64,000 nt of DNA. Source: Picochlorum sp. SENEW3. Lineage: Eukaryota. The translations under genes and the position numbers were made by a program. Shown here piece by piece: positions 34,814-45,200 of this stretch. The stretch is from positions 434,001 through 498,000 of the forward strand of contig CP120461.1 of NCBI GenBank assembly GCA_034226945.1. The letters run 5' to 3'. The notes beneath the pieces were generated by a model, which saw nothing but the letters and a program-made list of their open reading frames with translations, had not been told where the DNA came from and ran no database searches. Positions within the stretch are counted from its first letter, which is position 1. Every line of letters begins with the position of its first letter.

Positions 34814-35341
34814 TTACTCCTCCTCGTCGTCGTCGTCGTCATCATCACCCGCATGCTTTGTTCGTTTCTGAGCGGGCTCTTCCTCGTCGTCGTCATCATC
34901 TTCTGGCAAATCGTGGTCATCCTCAGCCTCTCCATCTCCTTCTGCATCAAAATCTTCTTCATCATCTGTCATGATTTCTTCCTGTACTAGAGCAGCAGTT
35001 GGAACCTCCTCTTCTTCTTCTTCCTCCTCCTCCTCGTCTTCTCCCTCCTCTTCCTCCTCGTACACCTCCTCATCCTCATCCTCATTCTCATCGTCATCGT
35101 CATCCCCACCATCATCACCAGCACCAGCACCTACATCCTCATCCTCTTCTTCATCCTCCTCCTCTTCCTCGTACTCTTCCTCTTCTTCCTCATCATCATA
35201 ATCCTCCTCTTCTTCTTCCTCCTCTTCTTCTTCCTCCAAATCCTCAGACTCGTCGTCATCATCAACGACCGGCTCTTCCTGGTGAAGCATATCAACCCAA
35301 GGATAGTGCTTAGGGTCCATTATATGCGCTATCGACAGCAT
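34814..35341 (-). CDS. Hyper-acidic nuclear protein (ANP32-tail / prothymosin-like)
   Basis: 175 aa, mostly D/E, with a VPTAALVQEEIMTDDEEDF island and NLS-like PAQKRTK. Preceded by a probable 5'-UTR intron. Confidence 0.7.
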   Translation of the reverse strand: MLSIAHIMDPKHYPWVDMLHQEEPVVDDDDESEDLEEEEEEEEEEEDYDDEEEEEEYEEEEEDEEEDEDVGAGAGDDGGDDDDDENEDEDEEVYEEEEEGEDEEEEEEEEEEVPTAALVQEEIMTDDEEDFDAEGDGEAEDDHDLPEDDDDDEEEPAQKRTKHAGDDDDDDDEEE

Positions 35342-35892
35342 ATTTGGCCAATTAGTTTCTCTATATGACACAGGAGATCAAATTAGAAGACGTCATAACA
35401 CGAATCAAACACGTGTGGGCTGCTGACACAAACCCACTCCCATCATTCGAACAGAAACACTGATACCACCCGTGATCCATTCATAGACGCGATTTGTGTG
35501 AAGTAAAACATAAAAAATACCCTATGAATAATCAAACCATACATGACTCGGACAATCCTCCCAGAAACCCGCAGAAACGACAACAGTCGAGCCATCCATC
35601 GACAACGCCTGTCCGCCTCAGTCACCGACGACATCATCCGTACCTCCACGAAAAGGATTACTGTATCCCAAGCTTCACTACTCTCTCACAAGGCATTAAT
35701 TATGACAACCCTATCAAAGTCTTTGCGAATCATGCCACCATGGACTGATTTTGAATTCAACTTTCAATTGATCGTGACTCGACGGTCAACGGAGACCTGT
35801 GAAAGGTACGCCTCTAACGCCCTTCCAGTCCACCATCGAACACGCTGTATCCATGGATGAAACACAAGCTCTCTGTCTTTTTATATACCTAG

Positions 35893-36186
35893 ATGGAATA
35901 TCGGGATCAAAAGCGACAACGAACCTCAGGGAGAGGGAGAGGCAGGGGGAGGGGAAGGGGAAGAAATTTTTCTCATGCTCCATATGTGTCCAAGAGAATG
36001 CTCGACAATCCTTGGAAAAAGCTAGAAGAGGCACATGGCATTCATACGGATTGGAAACAACAAGAAACTGCTGCAACCACGAACAAGGACGCCCCTGTTG
36101 TCGACTGTGACCAGGAGCAGGAGGACGGTACCTCCATGATGGGCAAAATGTCTGATGAGGGCATCTATGACAGACCATGGCACTAG
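35893..36186 (+). CDS. Small RG-rich protein, MPLKIP/TTDN1-like motif
   Basis: RGRGRGRGRGR followed by YVSKRMLDNPWKKL (cf. YxxxSMLEDPWxxL). A splice acceptor sits directly before the ATG. Confidence 0.6.
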   Translation: MEYRDQKRQRTSGRGRGRGRGRGRNFSHAPYVSKRMLDNPWKKLEEAHGIHTDWKQQETAATTNKDAPVVDCDQEQEDGTSMMGKMSDEGIYDRPWH

Positions 36187-36322
36187 GACATGTGTATACA
36201 ACTGCCATCAAAGGCAGAAAGATCCTTTTCCATAGGAACTGCTACCTCTGTCACATCTGCTGGTGTGACAAGGGAGATTTACAATCCGGATTTACAATAC
36301 AGAAAAGAACATCATTACTTCT

Positions 36323-36678
36323 TTATTTGCTAGAGACGACGGTGAACTCTGGTGGTGGTGGTGGGAGAGGCTCATATTCTGCTGGCTTGTGTCTTCTATC
36401 AGAAGCATTTCTCTTCTTTGGGCGTCTATGATTCATCAGCTTGACAGCCTTGTGTTCTGCATAGCAATACCAAACATTCAGAATTTGTCGCATTCGTCAC
36501 ACGTGAGAGGACAGAAAACTCCCCATTCTCTCTATAATAGTCATATGCGAGAATGTACCAGGGAATGCGTCGCATGATCATGATAGGACAACGTACGAGG
36601 ATGTGTGGCTCCAACAATGACGAGCCGCCTGCAGCCAGACACCTGAGGCCCTGCGATGGACATGGCAGTCGAGTACAT
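36323..36678 (-). CDS. PSRP6: Plastid-specific ribosomal protein 6 (cL38), 71 aa (exons 36678-36597, 36456-36323)
   Basis: Spliced product MYSTAMSIAGPQVSGCRRLVIVGATHPQHKAVKLMNHRRPKKRNASDRRHKPAEYEPLPPPPPEFTVVSSK*; RPKK...DR..KP..Y.PLPP signature. Confidence 0.8.
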
Positions 36679-37015
36679 TGTAACAAATGAATGAACTACT
36701 GTTGAATAGTATGTGAGTAAGGCGCCCTTGCCCAGGAGGGTGAAGGAGGTCCAGGCTCCCATGCCCAAACGATGGAAGATATGAGGTGACAGACCATCGG
36801 TCAAATGTATACTCCGACCGATCATGAGCAATCGATCGCTAGGCTCACAGAGGCGAATGCTCATGATTTTGTGTACTATCAAAGATGCTGTTTGATCGGA
36901 TAATACAGAAAAGCATTGACCGCGTCAGTAGCAACGCCATGCATGTATTGTATAGTGGGTTTCAAAGACATGTCTGATCACATAAAACCGTTATTTATAA
37001 CCATAATAAATAATT

Positions 37016-37585
37016 AAAAAAACCTTTGGTACAATTTCTGCAAGGTCTTTTGGACCTCCCCTGTGGCCTCGTGTGGGTCTGAGCGACCCGTGCGTTGTTA
37101 ACGCTCGAGTGATACAACCCACGCGGGAAACACGCCCGACAAGGTTGGAGCATGCCACACTCTGATAACCTTGACAGGTATGCTTTAATTTTACAGAACC
37201 ATTGCTTACAAGACGCCGGAACAAACGCCGAGTAGCCCAAGAATGACCAACACCATTCTGTGAACACAACTCGCGGGTCAGGACCAGCTGCAACAAGTAT
37301 GCAACAACGAGGAGGGAAAACGACGAGATTGGGAGTAACTAGTCTGTCCCTGACAAGGGTGTGACTGATGCATTGAAGAGAGACTAAAGTCAGATTTGCT
37401 GGAAGTATGACGGTCCTACTGCTCCTGTACGGTTTAGTGGTACCAAGAGTAAAAATTCACAACCTGGAGCAGTCGTCATACAGACGGTCGAGGAAATCTG
37501 TTTCATTCACTATGCTACACTGGCTCAAACAAAACACTACAGAGAAGTATGTCCAATGGACAAGGTACAGGTCAGGAGGTTTTTT
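37016..37585. ncRNA. Candidate structured non-coding RNA, identity unknown (minus strand slightly favoured)
   Basis: No credible CDS; many nested helices; T7 run on the minus strand at 37022-37016 and T6 on the plus strand at 37580-37585; AT-rich TATA-like flanks. Confidence 0.55.
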
Positions 37586-37730
37586 ATCCCTTGATAAATT
37601 TCTCAACATTTTATTTAGGGATTTCCTCCTGTGGGGCTTGTATGATTTGGAGGAAATTCGTCATATTTTTCGACTGTGTAATAATCCCTATTAAAAAAAA
37701 ACCATAAAACTATTCAATCCGTGTGGGGCC

Positions 37731-38657
37731 ATGGCTGAGGCGTGCTTCAACCGACGGTGGGCGTATGCTGTCGTTATTAGCCTGTTGGTCTTTGCCATGC
37801 TCCATAGTTACATTCGGATCATTTCTACTATTGTTTATACATATTTATATTGGTTGAATCCATCCCTGGAGTATGTATCGGAGTCTCATGGGGTAGAGGA
37901 GTTACCGGTTCCTAAACTGTTGCACCAAACCTGGGTGGACAAGAATGTCCCTGAGAGATGGAAAAAGGCCCAGGAATCTTGTATAAAAGCACATCCTGAC
38001 TATACATATAAGCTATGGACGGATGAGGAAGGGCTAGAACTGATTAGGAATGAGTATCCTTGGTTTCTTGATACGTATGAAAAGTATCCATACAACATTC
38101 AACGAGTAGATGCAGTTCGGTATTTTATTCTCCACAAATATGGCGGTATTTACATAGATTTAGATATGGGATGCAATAGGGAGCTGAAATTTTTGCGCCA
38201 GGCGAATTTCACGGCACCTCTGACGTACCCAGTGGGGATATCAAATGATGTCATGGCAGCAGTCCCTGGCAATAGATACTTGGAAAGGGCGATTCATCGA
38301 CTACAGTACTGGAATCATTGGTTGTTTATTAAATATATTCAGGTGATGTTTAGCACTGGGCCAATGTTTCTGACATCGCAGTACGCAACCGCCAGGCGTG
38401 GTGTGAAAAAGGCGGTTTCTGTCATTCCTGCAACATTGTATGGCAAGTATGACTTTTCAGGCGACCCTGCTTTTTATCACCTTCACGGAAGCAGCTGGCA
38501 TGCTGATGATGCGGCGTTTATATTTATTTTGGATGCGTACAAGTACCATTTGATCGTGTTTGCCTGCGCTTTTGCAATACTTGGCCTCGTGTTGCGGTAC
38601 AGGTTGAAGAAACAGGCTGGCACGCTTCCAGTATCTGCATTAGACAAGATGCCGTAA
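37731..38657 (+). CDS. GT32 glycosyltransferase (SUR1/CSH1-like inositolphosphoceramide mannosyltransferase)
   Basis: VPKLLHQTW, YPYNIQRVDAVRYFILHKYGGIYIDLD (DXD), VMFSTGPMFLT, HLHGSSWH. Confidence 0.9.
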   Translation: MAEACFNRRWAYAVVISLLVFAMLHSYIRIISTIVYTYLYWLNPSLEYVSESHGVEELPVPKLLHQTWVDKNVPERWKKAQESCIKAHPDYTYKLWTDEEGLELIRNEYPWFLDTYEKYPYNIQRVDAVRYFILHKYGGIYIDLDMGCNRELKFLRQANFTAPLTYPVGISNDVMAAVPGNRYLERAIHRLQYWNHWLFIKYIQVMFSTGPMFLTSQYATARRGVKKAVSVIPATLYGKYDFSGDPAFYHLHGSSWHADDAAFIFILDAYKYHLIVFACAFAILGLVLRYRLKKQAGTLPVSALDKMP

Positions 38658-38907
38658 ATTGCATATATTTTGTAGTCAGTTGGAATGTTTCATCTCTGTC
38701 TCGGTGGCATGTGATCTGTCCAGGATGACATCGGTGTATATGGAGGTCCGATCCTGCAGGGTCTCAAGCTCCTCCAGCAAGAGCGATTTTGAATTTCGCA
38801 TGTCCACTTGTGTTTGCTGAACATGGGTTGCCGCACTTTTAATTTACGTATGATACTTTGTAAATCCTTATTTGTTGTTCCATAGTCGTGATTAGGCTCT
38901 TGCGACG

Positions 38908-40812
38908 ATGCCAAAGCTTAAAACGCTTCAAATTGTTTGGCACGGAAAAGAGCCAGTATACTCCCTGGACTTTCATCCAAATGGTTTATTGGTGACATCT
39001 GGAGCAGATAAAGAGATAAAGATATGGAAGGTATGCATATTCTCATGGATTGGTGGATTCAAACTTCGAAGTTCGAGTGGAACTGACACGGCGTCAGCTT
39101 GCACATCCATATAACCTCTCTTCTTAATCGTAAATACATATGTCTGATAAATACGGGACGATTCGTTCCTGTTTATGCAGGTGCTGAAGGACACGGAAGG
39201 GTATCCGACCGTTGAGCACACAGGTTCCCTTACCGGTCACTCCAAAACAGTCAACTGCGTTCGGGTGTCTCCGAATGGCAAGAAGATTGTCAGCGCTGGG
39301 GATGGTGGAGAACTACTCTTATGGACTCCTCAGGAGCAGGTCGTGGCGGGGAATCTCGTTTCAGAAGAGGAGGCCCAAGCAGGGTGGAAAAGGGCAGCCG
39401 TGCTGAGAGGCCACACGGATGATGTCATGGACCTCGCATGGTCTGTTGACGGAACGGCCATGCTGTCAGGATCGATCGATAATAAAAGTATGATATGGGA
39501 AATATCTGAGAAAAAGATGGGGTCCATGGTAGCGCATTTTGCGAATCACAAGCATTTTGTTCAAGGGGTTGCATGGGATCCTCTTCAGCAGTTTGTGGTG
39601 ACCCAGAGTGCAGATAGGACGTGCAAAGTGTATGCGCTGCGACCACCTCCAGCCTCGAAAAAGAATAAAAACAAGAGCAAAAAGTCGGATATGCCGGCAA
39701 GTGTTTCGTCGAAGGAATTTTATTGCTCTCACACGATGAGCAAGAGGATTGTTGGGTCTAGCTCTAGAGAAGCACAGCCCCAGCGGCAAGCCCTATTTCA
39801 CGATGAGTCTCTGCCTAGCTTCTTCCGCAGACCATCTTGGTCACCAGATGGGTCTTTCTTGATCGTTCCAGCTGGAGTCTACAGGGCAGATGTGGGATCG
39901 GCAGAGCAGAATACGGCATACTTGTATGCCAGAGGAAAATGGGCCTCTCCTGTAGCACACGTACCAGGGCAGCCGAAACCAGTGGTATCAGTGAAGTTCT
40001 GCCCTATACTCTTCGAAAGAGATGAAGATGTCGATCCTCCAAAACCCTTTGAGCTCTTGCCATACAAAATTGTCTATGCAGTAGCGACATTGGATAGCAT
40101 TATTCTGTACGATACATCATCCAGTCTCCCAATTGCCGCCTTCTCTCAGATTCATTTCGACTCAATCACTGATATTGCATGGTCAAGAAATGGAGATTAC
40201 CTCGCCATTTCATCGAGAGACTGTTTCTGCAGCATTATTGCCTTTGAGAAGGATGAGCTAGGACACAGGATGGACTCTGCTAAAATTCCTCAGCACATCA
40301 ACGCAGTCATGCAACCGCTCAGGTGCTCGGACAAGGAGACGAATGAAAAGCCATCAATAGAACCTAGCTGTTCTGAAAAGGAGAATAACACTGCTCAAAA
40401 GACTGAAACAGCTGTCATGTCCACAGAGGTATGTATTGATTTTTTCATTGTATTGATTCACTGCATTGATGCTCTTTGATACTGCGCTCAGTCTATACTC
40501 TTCTCAACTTTCTTTTATAATAATTCAAATGTACAGAAGGCAAAAGGAAAGAGGAAGCGCATCACGGCAACCCCAGTAGACATGCCAGAGAACACGCCTA
40601 TAGACCTGACAGCAGCAGCAGCAGCAACTCCCACCACACGTGCACCTACACCGCCCGTATCGGGCCAAAAAGAGAAGAGACGCATTACCCCAGTCCCGAT
40701 CGAAAAGCCCTCGACTAGTGAGAGTGCACAGAAGCAAACATTTGGAATGAATATTGCATCACTTGCTGCTGCTGCTGGCCAGAATGAGGCTGGCAAGAAC
40801 CCATGCGAATAA
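38908..40812 (+). CDS. CHAF1B: Chromatin assembly factor 1 subunit B / FAS2 (3 exons)
   Basis: LQIVWHGKEPVYSLDFH, HKHFVQGVAWDP, LFHDESLPSFFRRPSWSPDGSFL; C-terminal KRRITP motif. Confidence 0.93.
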
Positions 40813-40950
40813 CCTGTTCAAGTGTAATAATACTTCAACGCCTTTACCCCATATATTCCAAATAAGTAATACTATTCTCTTCCAGGAGTATTTGGGCAAA
40901 TTGTTGAATCGCAGATGGCGTAGTGTCTATTCCGTTCAAAACAACTCAAA

Positions 40951-42036
40951 ATGCCTGTGACTGTCCTATACGAGGGAAAGAGTTATTCTCTGACACCCAA
41001 ACCCATGTGGAATGTTGAGACAATTATCCAAAATGCTTTGGACATTGTATGTGTATGAAAACTGCAAGGACGTAAGTCAAAGAGTGAAATTCGAATTGCT
41101 ACATGGACTTTGGTTTTTTTTTTGCAGGCCCGCGTGAACAATGTTGACGCACATTCATGTAAATTAGTGTACCAGGGGGCAGAGTTAGAGAACGATGTAC
41201 CTTTTCGGTTCCTAAACCTCCCTTCCATTGCCAAAGTCACCTTGGTGACTGGGAAGGAACGGGTCTATGGAATTCAAAGTACGAATGATCATTCCGTTGC
41301 TCCGCATCGGACGACTCATGCGAGACCAAAGACATTGAATCAGAACAGAGTTGGTGTAGTACAAAAGGAATGTGCCTCGACGTCTGAGGGCACAAGCTTG
41401 GAGCTGGAGGGTGTCTATCTGTTTCACAGTGCAGAGGAAATGGCATTGAGAGGTTCTCAGAAACAATATCATGAGGAGATTGACTATGAAGTGAATGAAA
41501 AGGATGCGTATACTATTCAGGCTTCGCTGTCAAAGCAAGTGGCTCCGGCGCATCTTAGAACGAAAAAAATGAGGGAGAATGATTTGGAAAGAAAGATGGA
41601 GCGGATGAGACCTGTGCTTGTCCGAATAGAATTCCCAAACAGTATGACGGCACAATTTGAGGTTTCGGCCAAATCAACGTGTCAAAGCGTATACGCAATG
41701 GCTCGCATGATGATACGATCAGAACTTGAGAGGTGTCTGACGCTTTTTACAACACCGCCAAAAACAGTCCTTCCTGACAGTTCCTTGACAGTGTATGAAG
41801 CAGGATTAGCCCCGGCTGCAAGGCTCAAAATTGAATTCACCAATCCTATAGACCAGTATGATACGATATTCTCCGCAGATGCAGCCAAAATTGAACCGAA
41901 ACTCCCCCCCTGTAGTTACAAACCTGTGGAGGAGAGCCAGGCAGAGAAGAAGGAGCAGGAGACAGTGGCACTTCCTTCAACGACAAAAGAGAAGAGAGTG
42001 CCAAAATGGCTCACCCTAGGACAGGCCAAAAAGTAG
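40951..42036 (+). CDS. TUG/ASPSCR1-like UBX-domain protein (2 exons)
   Basis: UBL1-like VPFRFLNLPSIAKVTL; LRTKKMRE; UBX VRIEFPN...LFTTPPK...AGLAPAA; C-terminal VPKWL. Confidence 0.82.
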
Positions 42037-42285
42037 TAGCCGAGTGATCTCTACAGCTACCTACCCTGGGTATCGTGCATATTTAATCCGTGTGGGTTAT
42101 AGCACACGAATGATGATGTACTACGAGTACTGTGGCAATGCCAAAATTGCCATAACATGGTACAGGATTGCATCCCACCATTCTTCAGATTGACACATAT
42201 CCTCTGAAGGACTGGTAGTCGTAGTGATCAAAGATCACCTTGACATTAAAAAGGATATATTTTATATAGTAACGGTATTTCTGCC

Positions 42286-45200
42286 ATGAATGGCGCAGAA
42301 ATGACCCAAGCGGGACCTGACACGAGTCCAGCGGGCCTGGACCGAAAGGATCTCGACAAGACACAACACACACCTGTATCTGTTACAAAATCTGTACGAT
42401 TTTATCTTTATTAGTGTCACAATGATCGGTTTCGCATCATCAAATACACCATGTGGTCGCAGCGCTTGGGGAAAATTTTGAGTAAGGAGTTGTCTGGGCT
42501 CCAAGAAGGCAGATTTGATACGGTTTCAAGGAATATAGATGTATGGATTGAGATAAATGAGATCCTTGAATCAGGAGTGCCGATTCGCAGTTCAAGTCAA
42601 GCAAGTCAGCTTAGCCAAGGCGCTGTGAGATTAATTCGACAGTTGTTCCTTGCTCCTTTGCTTCATGGCGATGAGAATCCGATACCAGGTGATTCAGTCA
42701 AGTTGATAGAATCTATGTCTCTGTTTGCTTGTCTTGCTGCGACGTGTTCCGATGCCATGGCGATGAGAAATACGGTCAAGGAGCTTTTACACATTGCAGA
42801 GGATTATATTCGAATGGCACATTCTGTATCACTGGAGCCACACGAGTCTCTGTATTCTCTCTCACATCTCTCTATTGCATGTCTTAAACCTTTGAAAGGG
42901 GTCTTAGAGACTTTGTGTGAGCAAGAGGAGTATTATTGTCAGTCCTTTGTTCAGAATTTACAAAATATGGCTGCCCAGACTGCTGATATCATGGCACAAA
43001 AGGCAGTGGATGAGAAGCTGAGTGTATGGATGCATGTATTGGATGATAATATATCTAGTCCGGTGCTGCATTTGATCTCCATGTTGATTGATCATATTGG
43101 CACAATAATAGCCAGTTCCTGGCATCATCACTTGCTCCAGGCTCAGCAAGATGTGTACTTTTTGGAAATCGTTTCAGGCGAAAAGTTCATCATTCTTATG
43201 GTGGCGCTTCGTGTTTTACAAAAACTCCGTGGGGATGAGGACTTTTCAAGGCTCGTGATACCACTGCTGACAGATATGATGGCGTTGCAAGCAGAGCAAC
43301 TAGATGTCAGCAATCATGTCTTTGCGGCCAATACATTAGCATCCATTGGAGTTTCATGCGCCAAAAACGGCAATTTTTGGGGATTTTCGACTATTTTAGG
43401 AATATTCACAAAGCTCTTTAAGTTTCCAGGTCACAAGATTTCGTCTGCTATGATGCATGGATCGTCTCATACAGTGCAGAGGAAGATTCCTGGCAATTCT
43501 CCCGGTGCCTTGGCAACAGCATTGAAACGGTTGGCCTACGGAATGAAAGGAAGTCCGCTTTCGTTTAAAAAGTACTTGAGAAAAGCGTTGTTGACCTTAT
43601 TTTCGGATTTTGGCTTGCTGATGCCGAATGATACATACATTACTGATTTAGGGAGCTTGTTGCCAGCAATAGCTGCAGGGATTTCGAGTATCAAATCCTC
43701 TTTTGTCATGGGTAGAATTTCATCTGCCTTGTCGAATGGCGATTTATCTTTAGAAGCTCTGAATAAGATACAAGAAGAAAGCAGACTTGAGACGTCAGCT
43801 TTCAGGCATTTGTGGTTTTGCTGCGCGGTGTATGACTTTGCTTCAATACGCTCACGCAACAGCTTTTGGCCGCAAGAATGGTCAGATGCATTATGTCAAA
43901 TAGCATCTAGGACTCCGATACTCCTTATTGGGAGCGAGCAACAGCAGGAGTCGGCCTTTATTGATCATATTGGTGCAGAGTTTGGAGGTTGGTTGGGGAC
44001 ATTAGGCAAGAATGGTGAGCCTAAGAGTCTCCTAGAATATCTGAAGGTTACTTTGGGAAACAAGCCAGACACCAGTGGACAAATAAAACCAGAGCTATGT
44101 TGCCATGTTTTGACAATTGCGTATATTGCATTCTGCCATGCGCAACTGAAGGAATTTTCATGCAGTGATCGATCTCCCATGGATGCCATGATTGTGCATG
44201 CGCAGTTCAGTTTGTCCACATCGATGGAATATGCTTGGTACAAAGTTACCATCAAAGAAGTTTTCTCTAGATATTTGCGGAGATTAATTGAGCTCAAGTC
44301 CTCCTCAGAAGCTGTGCATGAAGTATTTGCTGTTGATTCTGCAACTTATGCTGCAAGCATCATGATTGAATCTCTGGTACAACAAGGCCCTAATGATGAC
44401 ATCCCAAAGCTTATGCTGAACTTATTGCAATTGATTCTTCCGCAGTTTCCTTCTCTGTATTTTTCAGCCGAAACTATTAATGGTGCAATACGGGCTGTGG
44501 CAGCTGAGCAGGAAAGGCTGGGTGCCATGGGTGGAACAGCTGGACCCGTTCCCTTGGCAGTGGATCCGCGAAAGTCTAGAAATAGTTTGACAGCCTCAAA
44601 ATATCTGTTAGAATTGATTGAAAGTGCCGCATCTCGAGCACCAGGAGTCATTGAAGCAGCAGTTGGTGAGAACCTGAGGCACATGTCAAATGTAGGTGGA
44701 ACCTCTGCCAATGTCACGAGCACTATTACGCCCTCTGTCATGGAAGCTTTACAGCGAGGAAGATCAAGATGTACACTTCCAGATTCAATGGGTATATTTA
44801 AAGGTGTGATCGCCTGGAGCTCAAAGATTAGAGCTCTTGGCGTCATCGATGGCCTGAGGTTGAATGGTGTTTTGGGACAGAAAGTGATTCAACGGCAGAC
44901 TGCAGATTTGGTCGAAAAATTGCGCCGAGAAGATCCATATAATAGCATATCAGATAGTATATTAGATCTCACTGCTGCTTGTATTGCGATCAGTGATGAC
45001 AGTACAGCAAAAGTACCACTGCAGTTGCTGGCATGGGCACCCCTTGTATATGCGCATGAGGGTGTCATGAGAACTGCTTGTCTGGCCTGGCACTGGATTT
45101 TATCTTCCACTACCAACATGAGCTCCTTTTTGATCGAGAACATAACAGCTGCATGGCTTTCTAAACAAAATTTGACCTACGGTGTCTTTGACAGGAAAGT

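Noticed and set aside
34971..35313. Poly-Ser and Pro/His-rich ORFs (also 53089-53534)
   Set aside because: They are reverse-complement readings of GAR/GAY acidic tracts.
37178..37196. 19-nt GTATGC...TTACAG mini-intron
   Set aside because: Far shorter than the other introns here, and removing it creates no credible ORF.
37346..37560. Group I intron R/S-like words (GAGAGACTAAA, AAGTATGTCC)
   Set aside because: No convincing P7 pairing, P/Q elements or host exons.
36991..37694. Short ORFs in the structured gap (36991-37296, 36995-37267, 37407-37694)
   Set aside because: No motifs, atypical composition and mostly non-ATG starts; RNA structure explains the region better.
42109..42206. Possible C/D snoRNA (ATGATGA ... 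CTGA)
   Set aside because: No terminal stem and no recognisable rRNA-complementary guide; both boxes are short enough to occur by chance.
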